A stretch of DNA of 39,429 bases from a virus (IMGVR_UViG_3300020181_000019:1-39429); one strand, 5' to 3'; shown: positions 23,291 through 33,435, numbered from the stretch's first letter. Notes: a model not told the origin generated them from the sequence alone. Numbers and translations are program-made.

Positions 23291-23776
23291 TCACGCTGCC
23301 TCGTAGGTGCCGACGACGCACAGGGTGTCGCCCGTCGCCCACGTCCACGGCGCCGCCTGGGAGTAGGTGGACGACGATGCAGCCGCGGGAGTGCGGACGA
23401 TGAAGCCGGACGCGCCGGCCGCGACACCTGCCTGGCCGATCGCCGTCGCCAGTGCCGACACGTCGTTCGCCAGCGAGTGACCGATCGGCTGCCACATCGT
23501 GAGCGCCTTCGGCTGAACGGGCAGGCCGAACGTCCAGCCTGCGCCCGTGCCGAGGGTGGTCGTGCTTCCGATCCTGAGCTCGAGGCGGAAGTGGATCAGC
23601 TTCCCGGCCGCGCTGTAGGCGCCCGTGAGGGAGCCGTTGCCGATCACTGGGTTCGTCGTCGTGTTGTCCCATGTCGGCACGTAACTGGTCCACGGAGCAG
23701 TGAGGGGCGCCACCGCCTCGTCGATCGCGGCTTGGATGTCCGCCCTTGACGGCACACCTGCGGGATTCAACGGCAT
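23291..23776 (-). CDS. minor tail protein / RBP-like beta domain, 161 aa
   Basis: WTSYVPTW...IGNGSLTGAY...FGLPV...GTYEA; GGAGG RBS. Confidence 0.7.
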   Translation of the reverse strand: MPLNPAGVPSRADIQAAIDEAVAPLTAPWTSYVPTWDNTTTNPVIGNGSLTGAYSAAGKLIHFRLELRIGSTTTLGTGAGWTFGLPVQPKALTMWQPIGHSLANDVSALATAIGQAGVAAGASGFIVRTPAAASSSTYSQAAPWTWATGDTLCVVGTYEAA

Positions 23777-23777
23777 G

Positions 23778-26054
23778 TCACGCCTCCGTGCTCAGGGGGT
23801 CGTAGTCGAAGTCGTTCCAGGTCTTCCCGGCCCAGGCGGCGTCGAAGTCGTCCCACGTTCCGGCTACCCAGGCGGCGTCGAAGTCCGCCCAGGTCGGCGG
23901 CAGCAGCACCAGGTCGAGGGACTGCGCGACCTCGCCCGGACCGCCGTCGAAGGCGACCTTGGTGACCAGCGCCTTGATGTCCAGCCCCGACCGTTCGTGG
24001 GTCAAGTGCCGCACGTCGCCGATGTCGAGGGTCCAGTCGAGCTTCACCCGCACGCTGGACGCCTTCCACATCGGCGTCGAGACCCGCGCCCAGACATAGT
24101 CGGCGATCGCTTCGGCGTCAGCAGCGGTCTGCACGTGGCGGCCGAGGTCGATCGCCAGCGGGCTACGCGCGACCTCGGTCGTGGCACCGCGGGTGACGAG
24201 AGCCTGGTTGTCGAACCGGACTACGACCTCCTCGCGGAGAATCAAGCACGGTGAGCCCGCCGCGTCGACGAAGTACACGGGAAGACCGAGGGCGTTCCGC
24301 ACGGTAATGACCGCGCGGCCAGTGGAGACGTACCGGGTACTCAACTGGACCGCCGCACTTACTACCGGCGCGCCGGACCCGTCGGGGTTGGTGTAGGCGT
24401 CCCACAGCGAGCCCTGCGCACGGATCGCCGCAGACTCCGACGAGCGAACCCACCGATAGGACGTGGAGCCGGGGTGGGCGCCGGCGTAGACGTCAAGATC
24501 GGCGATGATCTCTCGCGTCTCGCCTGCCTCGATGCGGATGACCTCGCTGGCCTGCCACACCACCGGCGGCTGTGCGTCCGGGTCGGCGAAGTCTCGGGCG
24601 ATCACGGACGGCGGGCTGTACGTGACCTCGAGCCGGTCCGCGATGTCTGCGGGGTCCAGGGTCCAGCCAAGGTCTTCGACATGGCGACCGACGTCCAGTT
24701 CGACGGCGGTCCTGCCTACACCGGCGAGGGCGTCGGAGTCGAGCACCTGCAACACCTTGTCGCGAGTCACGTTCGCGCTGGCACACCAGGCCGCACAGAC
24801 TTCCTGGATGCCGGTCCAGGCGTCAGTAGTGGCCGGCAGCCACGGGAACGCGACCGAGCCGCCAAGGAGCCGCAGGGACGCAGTCGGCGGGGCCCAGGAC
24901 TCGGCGTGATCAGTGGTGGTGTTGACCTGGACCCCACCCACCGACGCATCGGTGGCGTCCGAGACGATTGCCATGTTCTCCGCCATGGTCCCGGAGAGTC
25001 CATTGCTGGTCGCGAAGGCATCGAAGGGCACCGTCGACGAGGAGCGCACGCGGGCGCGGCAAGATTCAGCGCCGAGGGCCAAGAAGGGGGCGCCCACTCG
25101 CTCGACGTTGATCTCCACCCGGTTAGGCCAGTTCGGGTCGAGCCCGGGCGTGTAGTTACCGACGACCCAAGCGAGGGCTGGGGAGTTGCGGACGGCGAAC
25201 TGTCCGCCGGGGCGGATCTCCACCGCGCACGCCTCGTTCCCCACACTGTTGAGCCATCGGAACCGGACGGTGTCGGTGATGTTCGCGATGACATAGACGC
25301 TCGCCACAGTGCCCCAGATGAGTGGTGCCACATCTTCCAGGCTGACGCCGATCGTCTGTCCGCCGACGGGCTCGGAGTCGGCGACCAGGCATGGCACACC
25401 GTCGACCTCGCCCCAGTCTCCGATAGAAGCGGTCCACGTGGGCGTCGGCACCTCGGTGAAGTCACCGCCCACCAGTGGCACGGACGCGATCGTGCTCGCG
25501 ATGGGCGGCGGGGTGGCGTAGTAGCCGGCCTGCCGAGCGAGGATGTCGATGATGCCGATCGGGTCGAAGGTCACCTTCTCGATGGGGCGCTGCGCCATCG
25601 GCAGCGCCTGATCCTGCTCGCGGCCGGCGTACTGCCGCTCGATCAGGTCAACCTGCACCCCGGGCGAGAGCAGCGACCCCGATGTCGGGCTCACCTGCCA
25701 GTCGCCTAGCGCTATCCGCGCGACGTCGTCATGGCCGCCGTGGGTGGCGTACAGGTCGGCCGTCTGTCCGGTTGTCACACGCCGGTCGGGGTCGGCTGCC
25801 CATGGTGCCAGTGGCGACACCGCCATCTGTGCGATCGACGCCGACGCGGAGCCGATGGACAGGCCGGAGCGGGCGCGGACGTTTCCCGGCAGGACTGAGC
25901 CCACCAGCTCGCGCTCGACGCTCCACGAGCCGACCGGCGCGGTCCCAGCAGGACGGTCACCCTCAGCAGGTGGCCACTCGGAGTCCATCGCCAGCCAGAC
26001 GCTCGGCAGCACCTCCACGTCGGCCGGCGCGGGCCAGCCGGCGGGCAGGCTCAT
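23778..26054 (-). CDS. minor tail protein (hub/Tal-like), 758 aa
   Basis: Second gene after tape measure; TLDIGDV motif; C-terminal WxDF repeats. Confidence 0.75.
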   Translation of the reverse strand: MSLPAGWPAPADVEVLPSVWLAMDSEWPPAEGDRPAGTAPVGSWSVERELVGSVLPGNVRARSGLSIGSASASIAQMAVSPLAPWAADPDRRVTTGQTADLYATHGGHDDVARIALGDWQVSPTSGSLLSPGVQVDLIERQYAGREQDQALPMAQRPIEKVTFDPIGIIDILARQAGYYATPPPIASTIASVPLVGGDFTEVPTPTWTASIGDWGEVDGVPCLVADSEPVGGQTIGVSLEDVAPLIWGTVASVYVIANITDTVRFRWLNSVGNEACAVEIRPGGQFAVRNSPALAWVVGNYTPGLDPNWPNRVEINVERVGAPFLALGAESCRARVRSSSTVPFDAFATSNGLSGTMAENMAIVSDATDASVGGVQVNTTTDHAESWAPPTASLRLLGGSVAFPWLPATTDAWTGIQEVCAAWCASANVTRDKVLQVLDSDALAGVGRTAVELDVGRHVEDLGWTLDPADIADRLEVTYSPPSVIARDFADPDAQPPVVWQASEVIRIEAGETREIIADLDVYAGAHPGSTSYRWVRSSESAAIRAQGSLWDAYTNPDGSGAPVVSAAVQLSTRYVSTGRAVITVRNALGLPVYFVDAAGSPCLILREEVVVRFDNQALVTRGATTEVARSPLAIDLGRHVQTAADAEAIADYVWARVSTPMWKASSVRVKLDWTLDIGDVRHLTHERSGLDIKALVTKVAFDGGPGEVAQSLDLVLLPPTWADFDAAWVAGTWDDFDAAWAGKTWNDFDYDPLSTEA

Positions 26055-26827
26055 CCCACCTCCCGCAACGTCACGCCGTACTCCGAGAGCGCGAGCCCAC
26101 CCGGACGGGTACGGCGCGCAGTCTGCGACGGGTCACCGACCGCGACCTTGCACGGCGTCCGCTCACCACCCAGCCAGAACGGCGCGGGGGTGCCCTCGGT
26201 GAGCATCAGGCCCGACACCTCCACGCCAGACTCGACGTCGACCGTCAACACCTCATCCGCCACGACCGTGAACGTGACAGTCGCTTGACGGTCGCCCGAG
26301 CCGGCCGGAGCCACGAGAGACTCGGTGCCGATCGTCGCCAGCACCGTGGCCTCAGCCTCCGACGACCAGGCCGCCAACGTCGTCGGCACCCCGCCACGCA
26401 CCAGCGCAGACGCCACGTCGCCCTCAGGAAGCGCCCGCAACGGCGTCCCTCCGCAGTCCAACACCGCCGCCGTCGAGTCATGGCCGTAGCAGTCCCGGGC
26501 GCTGAGCATGTTCGTCGCCGCCGCCATCGAGTCCAGCAACCACACCTCGCCCGGCACCTCGGCAGCCAGCCGCAACGCAGCCACCGCCGCAGGAGTCGCC
26601 CACTGGTAGTTCAGCTCCCACGACCGCGGCGCATTCGGAGCCACGAACACCGACCGGTGACCGTCGACCGACATGAACTCCGACCCCGGACGCTCCGCCG
26701 CCACCGACACCTCGGGAGCCACGCCCTCCAGATGCACCCACACGTCGTTGATCCGCAGCCAGAACGGCGAACCGGTCTGGATCGCGGCATCGCTGACCTG
26801 AGCGGGGCCCGGAGTGGGGATCGGCAT
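26051..26827 (-). CDS. minor tail protein (distal-tail position), 258 aa
   Basis: Immediately after tape measure; ends in VTLREV. Confidence 0.7.
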   Translation of the reverse strand: MPIPTPGPAQVSDAAIQTGSPFWLRINDVWVHLEGVAPEVSVAAERPGSEFMSVDGHRSVFVAPNAPRSWELNYQWATPAAVAALRLAAEVPGEVWLLDSMAAATNMLSARDCYGHDSTAAVLDCGGTPLRALPEGDVASALVRGGVPTTLAAWSSEAEATVLATIGTESLVAPAGSGDRQATVTFTVVADEVLTVDVESGVEVSGLMLTEGTPAPFWLGGERTPCKVAVGDPSQTARRTRPGGLALSEYGVTLREVG

Positions 26828-29800
26828 CAGAAGAACCTCTCCGCCGCTTGCCGGCCATCGACGTAGAGCTGCGCCTTCTGACGACCGGTCGGGACGAGCG
26901 TCAGGTAGATCGCCATCCGGTCGAACATCGCAGCGGGGTCGGGCGCTGTGGCGGTTCCAGTCGTCTCCGCCACCGAGAGGCGCGGCACGTCGACCAGGCG
27001 GGTGCTGCGCGCCGAGATCGAACGCGAGATCGCCGCGGCCGAAGAGAGGTCGTCCGCGACCTTCGCCGGATAGGGTGCGAGACCGTCGACCATGCCCTCG
27101 CCGATACCGGCACCCGCGTCGAGCCCAACCTCGTCATGCAGCAGGCGAGAAGGCGACCGGCTCTTGAGCGCCTTCTTGAGCTTCTTCGTCAGCTTCTTGC
27201 TGAGCTTCTTCGTCGCCTTCGCGATCGCCGGGTCGTTCAGCAGACCCGCCATGAGGCCCTGCTGGGCGGCGATCCCCACGTCGTACATCTGCCCGGTGAC
27301 CGGGTCAATGGACGCCTCGGCGATCGCGTTGCCGGCGTCGGTCGCGAACGTGTTGATCGAGGCGTAGTCGAGCGCCAACGCCCCGATCTCAGCCTGCGAC
27401 CCAGACAGCAGCGCATCAGCGACCACGATGCCCTGCTTCGTGCCGAGCCCCTGCACCTCCCGCACCAGGCCGAGAGGAATGCCGGCCTTGAGCATGGCGC
27501 GGATCTTGTCCGCGAACACCCGGGCCCGCTGAGCCAGACCCGACACGACCGACGCCACGCCACTGAACGTCGCCTGACCCCCGCCATAGCCGAACTCGTT
27601 CGGCTCCGAGATGGCTGAGGCCAGGTCGAGTTCGCCGGTGATGCCGCCCGCGACGTCGGAGACGATCGACGCCCGCTCGCTCCGCATTCGCTCGAGCTCG
27701 GCATTGTGGTTCGCGTACTGCTTCGCGATCTTGCCGAGCGCCTTGCCGGTTGAGTTGACCAGCGCGGTCATCGCCTTGGCCTCAGACTTCGCAGCCTTCT
27801 CCTGCTGCTTGGCGAGCTGCTTGCCGATGTCCTTGCGCTTGAGCTTCTTGGCGATCCGGTCGAGACGACGGTCGAGGTCCTTCTCGATCAGGTCGGTGAC
27901 ACGGCCGAACCGCTTGGCGAGGTCCTGCTCACCGCTGTCGACGTCCTTGATGTCGCCGCGGAGGCCCCGGATCAGGTTGCGGACGAAGTTCCCGCCGGCC
28001 TTCTTGCCATCCTTCTCGCGGCGCTCGAAGGGCAGGATCAGGCCGTCGACCATGTCGTTGCCGAGCCGCATCGTCTCCCGTGAGGGCGACTTCGCCTTGG
28101 CCGCGTTCCGGGCACCACCGATGGCGCTGGTGACCATCCTGACCGCAGCCGTGACGACCCTGTGCGCGCTCTGGGCGATCGCGGCCTCAGCGCCGGAGAC
28201 CAGGCTGCCGCCGACACCGCTGCCGCCTGAGCGGGCGGTGGTCTTGAGGGAGTCGATCGCGCCCCGCAGTGCCTGCGAGAACGGGTTCAGGTTCGGGCGA
28301 GCGTTGGCCGTGCCCGACCTCAGCGCCCCGCTCATGTCGTTGGCGCCGCGCTCGGCCGCACGCTTGCCGTTCAGGGTGTCGGAGATGAAGCTGTCGAGCC
28401 ACTTGCTGCTCGTCTCGACGTTGCCGACGTTCTTGATCTCGCCCCCGAGCCCCCGGACCTTGCGGCCGGTGACCTCGACGCCGGCCGCCTCGATCTGGGT
28501 GACCAGCTTCTTCGGGTTCAGGCTGTACTGACGCGCGAGGTCCCGCACCTGCTTGATCGCGATGTCGGCGCCGGCCTGCTTGATCTCGGTCCTGGCCTCC
28601 GCAGGCAGTCCCTTGAGCGCCTGACCCCAGGTGGTGAGGTCGCGGTTGTTCTGCCGGAGCTGCTGCTGCTGACCCTCCAGCGCCGTCCGGTTCTCCTTGA
28701 TGAACGCGGTGAGGTTGCCCAGCTCGAGGCCGCTCAGGATGTCGACGTTGTCCTTGGCCGCGTTGTTCACGCGCTTCATCGCGCCCTCGCGGCCCAGTGT
28801 GGCGTCGATCAGGTCGCGGGTGGTGATGCCCAGGTTGCGCGCGGAGGCCAGGAGGTCGTCCTCCTGGAGCTTCTGCAGGATCATGGCGCGGGTCTGGCGG
28901 GTGATCGCGCCCGTCGCCTGGTCGAGGGTCGAGGCCCAGTCGTCATAGGCAGGCTTCGCCGCCTCGGCCGACCCGGTGGCGTCATCCGAGGCCACCTTCA
29001 GCGACACGAACTTCCCGACCGCGCCGGCTGCAGCGCCCGCGGCGCCGCCGATGGCAGTACCGACCCCGGGGATCACCGAGCCGAGTGCGGCACCAGCCGC
29101 CGCGCCGCCGCCGACGGCAGTGGCCCATGAGCTCAGCGAGTCCTCGTTGTCGGACAGCCCTTGGGTGAGTGCGACCGCGCCACCAATGCCGGCGACCTGG
29201 CGCATCGTCGCACCCAGCGCGGCAGTCCGCTTGGTCGAACTGGTGATGCCGGCAGCGAAGGAGGCACCGGTGACCTGTACGGCCGTCAACCCTGCAGCGA
29301 GCTTGGGCAGCACGAACGCAGCGATGCCAGCCTGGATGCCAAGTTCCTTTACCGGTCCGGGAAGGCCACTGAGGAACTGCGCGGTGTCTACCGCAAGGCC
29401 ACCCAGCTCCTTGAGCGGCGGCAGCACCTCGGACTTGACCCCCATGAACGCGTCGACGAACTCGCCGCCGGCACCGGTGCCGTCCTGCATCCCGGAGATG
29501 AAGTCGGCGGCGCCGGAGGTGAGCTCCGCGATCACTGGCACGAGCTTCTGGCCGAGGGTGGCCTGGAGGTTGTCCCACTCTGCGCCGAGGATGCGCTGGC
29601 TGTTGGCGAGCGAGTCGGAGGTGTTCGTGAAGTCGCCCTGGGTCTTGGCGGTCGACTTCATCAGCAGCGAGTAGCGCGCCTGGACCTTCTGCTGCTCGGT
29701 CAGCTCCTCGCCAGCGGCGGCGATGCCCTCCTTGTAGGCGTGCGCCTCGACCGCGGCGGCCGAGAGGTCGATGCCGAACTTCCGCAGCGGCTCCGTCTCG

Positions 29801-30330
29801 CCAGCGAGGCCGGACTGGAACAGGCCCATCGCCTCTGCGACGTCGAGGTTCATCACCGACGCGAAGTCGGCGCCGCGAGTCGACAGTTCGTCGAGCACGT
29901 CGACGACGTTGCCGCCCTCGCCGGCGATCGTCCCGGCGAAGCCGGAGAACTGGACCGCGAGGGAGTTGAACTCGGTGTTCGACAGTCCGAGGCTTCGCGC
30001 GGCCTCCTTGCCGAGCTGCTGGATCTCCTTCGACGACTTGCCGTAGCTGACATTCAGGGCGTTGACGGACTCGCCCAGGTCGGAAGCCTCGGAGATTGCG
30101 CCGCCGACGAACTTCCTGACCTGGTCGACCGCGAACGCGCCGGCCACGATGCCGCCGAGGCCCTTGAGCGAGTTGCTGAAGCCGGCGGAGAACCGCTTCC
30201 CGGCGGTCCTGCCGGTCCGGTCGGCATCGGTGGAGACCTGGCCGAACTGCTTGCGGACCTCGGGGGCGACCTTGCTGCCCTCGACGACGAGGGAGACGTA
30301 GGCGTTGGCCAGCTCGAGACCTTCGGGCAT
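26827..30330 (-). CDS. tape measure protein, 1167 aa
   Basis: Longest ORF, Ala/Gly-rich helical; MPEGLELANAYVSL start with GGGAGG RBS; SPSR motifs near C-terminus. Confidence 0.92.
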   Translation of the reverse strand: MPEGLELANAYVSLVVEGSKVAPEVRKQFGQVSTDADRTGRTAGKRFSAGFSNSLKGLGGIVAGAFAVDQVRKFVGGAISEASDLGESVNALNVSYGKSSKEIQQLGKEAARSLGLSNTEFNSLAVQFSGFAGTIAGEGGNVVDVLDELSTRGADFASVMNLDVAEAMGLFQSGLAGETEPLRKFGIDLSAAAVEAHAYKEGIAAAGEELTEQQKVQARYSLLMKSTAKTQGDFTNTSDSLANSQRILGAEWDNLQATLGQKLVPVIAELTSGAADFISGMQDGTGAGGEFVDAFMGVKSEVLPPLKELGGLAVDTAQFLSGLPGPVKELGIQAGIAAFVLPKLAAGLTAVQVTGASFAAGITSSTKRTAALGATMRQVAGIGGAVALTQGLSDNEDSLSSWATAVGGGAAAGAALGSVIPGVGTAIGGAAGAAAGAVGKFVSLKVASDDATGSAEAAKPAYDDWASTLDQATGAITRQTRAMILQKLQEDDLLASARNLGITTRDLIDATLGREGAMKRVNNAAKDNVDILSGLELGNLTAFIKENRTALEGQQQQLRQNNRDLTTWGQALKGLPAEARTEIKQAGADIAIKQVRDLARQYSLNPKKLVTQIEAAGVEVTGRKVRGLGGEIKNVGNVETSSKWLDSFISDTLNGKRAAERGANDMSGALRSGTANARPNLNPFSQALRGAIDSLKTTARSGGSGVGGSLVSGAEAAIAQSAHRVVTAAVRMVTSAIGGARNAAKAKSPSRETMRLGNDMVDGLILPFERREKDGKKAGGNFVRNLIRGLRGDIKDVDSGEQDLAKRFGRVTDLIEKDLDRRLDRIAKKLKRKDIGKQLAKQQEKAAKSEAKAMTALVNSTGKALGKIAKQYANHNAELERMRSERASIVSDVAGGITGELDLASAISEPNEFGYGGGQATFSGVASVVSGLAQRARVFADKIRAMLKAGIPLGLVREVQGLGTKQGIVVADALLSGSQAEIGALALDYASINTFATDAGNAIAEASIDPVTGQMYDVGIAAQQGLMAGLLNDPAIAKATKKLSKKLTKKLKKALKSRSPSRLLHDEVGLDAGAGIGEGMVDGLAPYPAKVADDLSSAAAISRSISARSTRLVDVPRLSVAETTGTATAPDPAAMFDRMAIYLTLVPTGRQKAQLYVDGRQAAERFF

Positions 30331-30757
30331 CACGCCTCCCTTCGTCCGTCGCGGGTCCAGCCGAGTCGCTGGGCCATCTCCTCGACCGGCATCACGTCCG
30401 GTCCTTCGCTGCTCTTGATGGCTGCGACCGCTCGCTCGGCCTTGGTGAGCGGGATGCGGTCGGGGTAGTGCTGGGGCGCCTTGCGGTGTCCGTCCTCGGT
30501 CTGCTGCCACGCCACGACGCGGACGGCGTGCTCGACCTCCCGCATCACCAGCGCCTCGGGGGTGATGGCCCAGTCGGGGTTCTGTGCGCGTGCGACGGCC
30601 GAGTCTGGCGGGAGGTGTGCGGCGTAGGCGGCGACCTCAGAGAGCGGGAGCCCCCACTCCCGCAACGCGCTCAGCGGCCTCAGCCCGTGGTAGCGCGAGA
30701 GGTCCGCGGCAAGTGGCCCGTGATGCTCCCTGAGGAGCCTCACGAGCGTCAGGAGTT
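30330..30757 (-). CDS. tail assembly chaperone, frameshifted extension (gpGT-like)
   Basis: Open in the -1 frame from the slippery site; stop overlaps tape measure ATG. Confidence 0.8.
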
Positions 30758-31123
30758 TGGGGAGAGTCCGTCCAGGATCTCGTAGACGAACCGTGTCCCC
30801 TCGAGCACGCCGACGCGGCCGTTCTCCCCGCGCAGGCTGTCCATCGCCTTGCGCTGGTCCTGCGGGGTGAGCAGGCGGCGCAAGATCGCCGGGAACCTCG
30901 TGATGTCACCGTCGTCCAGGCGGGAGAGGTCGTCGAGAAGCTCGAAGTCGTCGCGTGCGTCGGCGACGATCTGGTACTCGTTCTCGCCGACGGTGACGCT
31001 GATCAGGTCCGGCCCGGTCTGGTCGACCTCGGCGCCGTCCTGGTCGATCACCTTGGGAGTGGCCTTGGGAGCGGGCTTCTTCTTCGCAGCGCGGGCTGGG
31101 GTGGCGGTCTGCTCGGACATCAC
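30749..31123 (-). CDS. tail assembly chaperone (gpG-like)
   Basis: DDFELLDDL...RRLL...; between major tail and tape measure. Confidence 0.85.
   Translation of the reverse strand: MMSEQTATPARAAKKKPAPKATPKVIDQDGAEVDQTGPDLISVTVGENEYQIVADARDDFELLDDLSRLDDGDITRFPAILRRLLTPQDQRKAMDSLRGENGRVGVLEGTRFVYEILDGLSPNS
30755..30761 (-). other. -1 programmed frameshift heptamer C CCA AAC
   Basis: X XXY YYZ in correct phase, one codon before the stop; -1 frame continues LLTLVRLLREHHG. Confidence 0.8.
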
Positions 31124-31311
31124 GCCTCCGCTCGGAAGGGCCCGGCGGTGGCCGGCTCCTCCACTCGGTGGATCGTGAGGACCGACATCGTCTTGACTGC
31201 GGCCACGAACTCGCCTTCCTTGGTGAAGGTGACGAAGTCCTCATGCGTGGTCCACTCGTCGGCGTCGATGGTCGTGTCGGGTGCGTAGGTGTCGTACTGA
31301 ACTCTGAACAT
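31120..31311 (-). CDS. hypothetical protein, 63 aa
   Basis: AAAGG RBS; stop overlaps chaperone start. Confidence 0.65.
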   Translation of the reverse strand: MFRVQYDTYAPDTTIDADEWTTHEDFVTFTKEGEFVAAVKTMSVLTIHRVEEPATAGPFRAEA

Positions 31312-31402
31312 GTCGCTGGCCTTTCGGGTCGCTGGCGGGTCGCTGGCCGTGGGGGTGGTGCACCGGGGCGGGGCGGGCCAGCGACGGAACCCCGCCCCGG
31401 TG
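31312..31402 (-). promoter_or_regulatory. hairpin with loop complementary to three downstream 9-mers
   Basis: 13-bp stem 31361-31373/31390-31402; + strand GTCGCTGGC at 31312, 31328, 31339 and inverted copy at 31377. Confidence 0.6.
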
Positions 31403-31407
31403 GTCGA

Positions 31408-31995
31408 TCAGACGCCCGGGGCGTCGTCGAGGGCGTAGTAGCGGTACTGCCGCTTGCCGGAGGCGTCGGGCAGGCAGGTGATCTGCACCTCGTAGCCGCC
31501 GAGCGCGGAGTGCACCAGCGGGTCCTCGGCGGTCAGGGTCGGCATCCCGTTCGGGATGACGCGCCGCATCTTGATGCCCTTGTAGAAGGCCTCGATGAGG
31601 AAGACGCCCTCCTCGGGCTCGCCGCCGTCGTCGGAGACAGCGATCAGGGTGGGGGTGGCGCCGGCGGCCGGGGTGACGTCGACGTTGTCCTCGCCGAAGA
31701 CGAACTCGAGCACGTCGGCGTTCAGGACCTCGATCAGCTTCGCGGTGTACCGGTCGACGCGCTTCTGGGTCTCCAGGATGGCGACGACATCGCCGCCCCA
31801 TGCGACCTGGTCCTCGGTGGAGGATGCGTCACCGGAGGGCGCGATGCCGTCCTCGGAGATGTAGCCCAGTGCCACGAAGGCGGCGTCGGGCGCCGTGGTG
31901 GCGTCGGTCGGGAGTGCGGTCCCCTTGGGCGCCCAGAGCAGGCCGCCGGTCACGGCCGGGCTGGCCGCGGCGACGTTGGCAGCGTTCTGTGCCAT
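31408..31995 (-). CDS. major tail protein
   Basis: APKGTALPTD...LGYISEDG...AWGGDVV...YEVQITC; AAAGGAG RBS. Confidence 0.9.
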   Translation of the reverse strand: MAQNAANVAAASPAVTGGLLWAPKGTALPTDATTAPDAAFVALGYISEDGIAPSGDASSTEDQVAWGGDVVAILETQKRVDRYTAKLIEVLNADVLEFVFGEDNVDVTPAAGATPTLIAVSDDGGEPEEGVFLIEAFYKGIKMRRVIPNGMPTLTAEDPLVHSALGGYEVQITCLPDASGKRQYRYYALDDAPGV

Positions 31996-32234
31996 CAGTG
32001 TTCTCCTTTATCAGAGTGCTGGCCCTGATCCGCAGCGGTCGCCGCAGCGGGAGATTCGGGGTCCTCGACCGGCTCGACCGGCTCGACCGGCTCATCGGGC
32101 TCGGACTTCGGCGCCGGTGCGGTCGAGGGGCGAGGCTTGGTGAGTCGCCATCCGGCATCGCGCCAGGACTCGACGTCACCGTCAGGGACGTCGCGGGAGA
32201 CGTCGTGGAGGGTGGGGTGGTAGACGGTGCGCAT
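31995..32234 (-). CDS. small protein with Pro/Glu-rich tail, 79 aa
   Basis: MRTVYHP...WRDAGW; GGAGG RBS; TGATG overlaps. Confidence 0.65.
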   Translation of the reverse strand: MRTVYHPTLHDVSRDVPDGDVESWRDAGWRLTKPRPSTAPAPKSEPDEPVEPVEPVEDPESPAAATAADQGQHSDKGEH

Positions 32235-32614
32235 CAGACCTCCGCGAGGTTCGTGGTGATGGTGGCGATGAACTGGTAGCGAGGGGACTTCGTCTCCGAG
32301 TCGGGGAAGTTCACCGGCTCGGTCAGCGACGCCCGGCCGCCCCAGACGCTCGAGCTGCCGTAGTGCGCCCACAGGTGCGCGTAGGCCATCCGGGCGAGGT
32401 TGAGCGCGGACACCGAGTCGGGCGCCCAGCACTCGATCAGCAGGCGCGGGTCGGACTGGACCAGGTTGCGTCCCTGGCCACCGGCGCGGGTCACTCGCAC
32501 GAACTTGTCCGGTCGAGGATTGGGGACCTTGGTCGCGACATCCGCGTCGAGCACGCCATCGAGGAGCACGTAGACCTCGCTCTCGATGTCGACCGGGGCG
32601 AGCACGTCAGGCAC
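32234..32614 (-). CDS. tail terminator
   Basis: VATKVPNPRPDKFVRVTRAGG...LIECWA...PRYQF. Confidence 0.8.
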   Translation of the reverse strand: MPDVLAPVDIESEVYVLLDGVLDADVATKVPNPRPDKFVRVTRAGGQGRNLVQSDPRLLIECWAPDSVSALNLARMAYAHLWAHYGSSSVWGGRASLTEPVNFPDSETKSPRYQFIATITTNLAEV

Positions 32615-32861
32615 CCGCGTCGAGGTTGCGGATCATGCGGTTGTCGCGGGCCTCGTCGTTGCGGTTGTCGTAGGACCACACGCGGGCGCGGGCCCGGATG
32701 TCATCCGAGGCATCCGCGGATTCGTAGCCGCCCCACGAGGACTCGGCGTTGCAGGCGTCGCGGGTCGCGTCGGCCATGCCGTTGACCAGGGCACGCGCCT
32801 CTGGGCCGGACATGATCTGACGCAGGGCCTCGCGGTTGAACTCGAGCCGCACCTTGGCCAT
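32607..32861 (-). CDS. neck / tail-completion protein, 84 aa
   Basis: KVRLEFNREALRQIM...RARARV; position. Confidence 0.7.
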   Translation of the reverse strand: MAKVRLEFNREALRQIMSGPEARALVNGMADATRDACNAESSWGGYESADASDDIRARARVWSYDNRNDEARDNRMIRNLDAGA

Positions 32862-33049
32862 CAGGATTCCGGGATGATCTCGACGTCGTTGGCGATCAGA
32901 GGAAGCGAGATAACCGGCGGCGAATGGCGGTCAAGGGGGTTCTCCACCGAGGGGCCTTCCTCTGCAAGGAAGTACGGGAACTCCTCGCCGTCGATGAGAA
33001 CGACCTTGCGCTTGCGGTCGATGGTGACCTTCTCTGCGAACTTCGCCAC
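32861..33049 (-). CDS. hypothetical protein, 62 aa (MAKFAEKVTIDR...VLIDGEEFPY)
   Basis: Fills gap in head-tail module; GTG start inferred. Confidence 0.65.
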   Translation of the reverse strand: MAKFAEKVTIDRKRKVVLIDGEEFPYFLAEEGPSVENPLDRHSPPVISLPLIANDVEIIPES

Positions 33050-33059
33050 GGCGGATCGC

Positions 33060-33434
33060 CTACCCTTCGGCACGTTTGAGTTCGACGACGACGCCCGCCG
33101 TCGGGTGAGGCCATGGCCCCTTGGTCCAGTCCGCCGGGCGACCCTCGACGGCGTAGTCGAGACCGCCGACCACGACGAGGTCACGGTCACGCGGCGCTTC
33201 CTCGTTCGCGGGCGCGTACACCGTCCACTCGATGATCGACAGGTCACGGTTCGGGTCAGCCGGCTCCGAGTTCGCACCAGGCGCATAGCCGTAGATCCGC
33301 CACGGCACCGGCTCGTCGTAGACGTCCTTCGGGTTGCCGTGAGCGTCCTTGACGCCCGGGACGTAGCGCTTGACGAGCAGGACGTGCGGGGTGGTGCTGT
33401 CGTAGAGCGGGTCAGGGCCGACCGGGATGGGCAT
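33060..33434 (-). CDS. head-to-tail stopper
   Basis: DAHGNP...YAVEGRPADW...VVVELKRAEG. Confidence 0.75.
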   Translation of the reverse strand: MPIPVGPDPLYDSTTPHVLLVKRYVPGVKDAHGNPKDVYDEPVPWRIYGYAPGANSEPADPNRDLSIIEWTVYAPANEEAPRDRDLVVVGGLDYAVEGRPADWTKGPWPHPTAGVVVELKRAEG

Positions 33435-33435
33435 G

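Noticed and set aside
23800-23895. GCCCAGGCGGCGTCGAAGTC-like repeats as CRISPR or regulatory array
   Set aside because: They encode the WxDFDAAW repeats at the tail protein C-terminus; no spacers or cas genes.
19237-26054. Diversity-generating retroelement or invertible tail-fibre system
   Set aside because: No reverse transcriptase, invertase or template/variable repeat pair seen.
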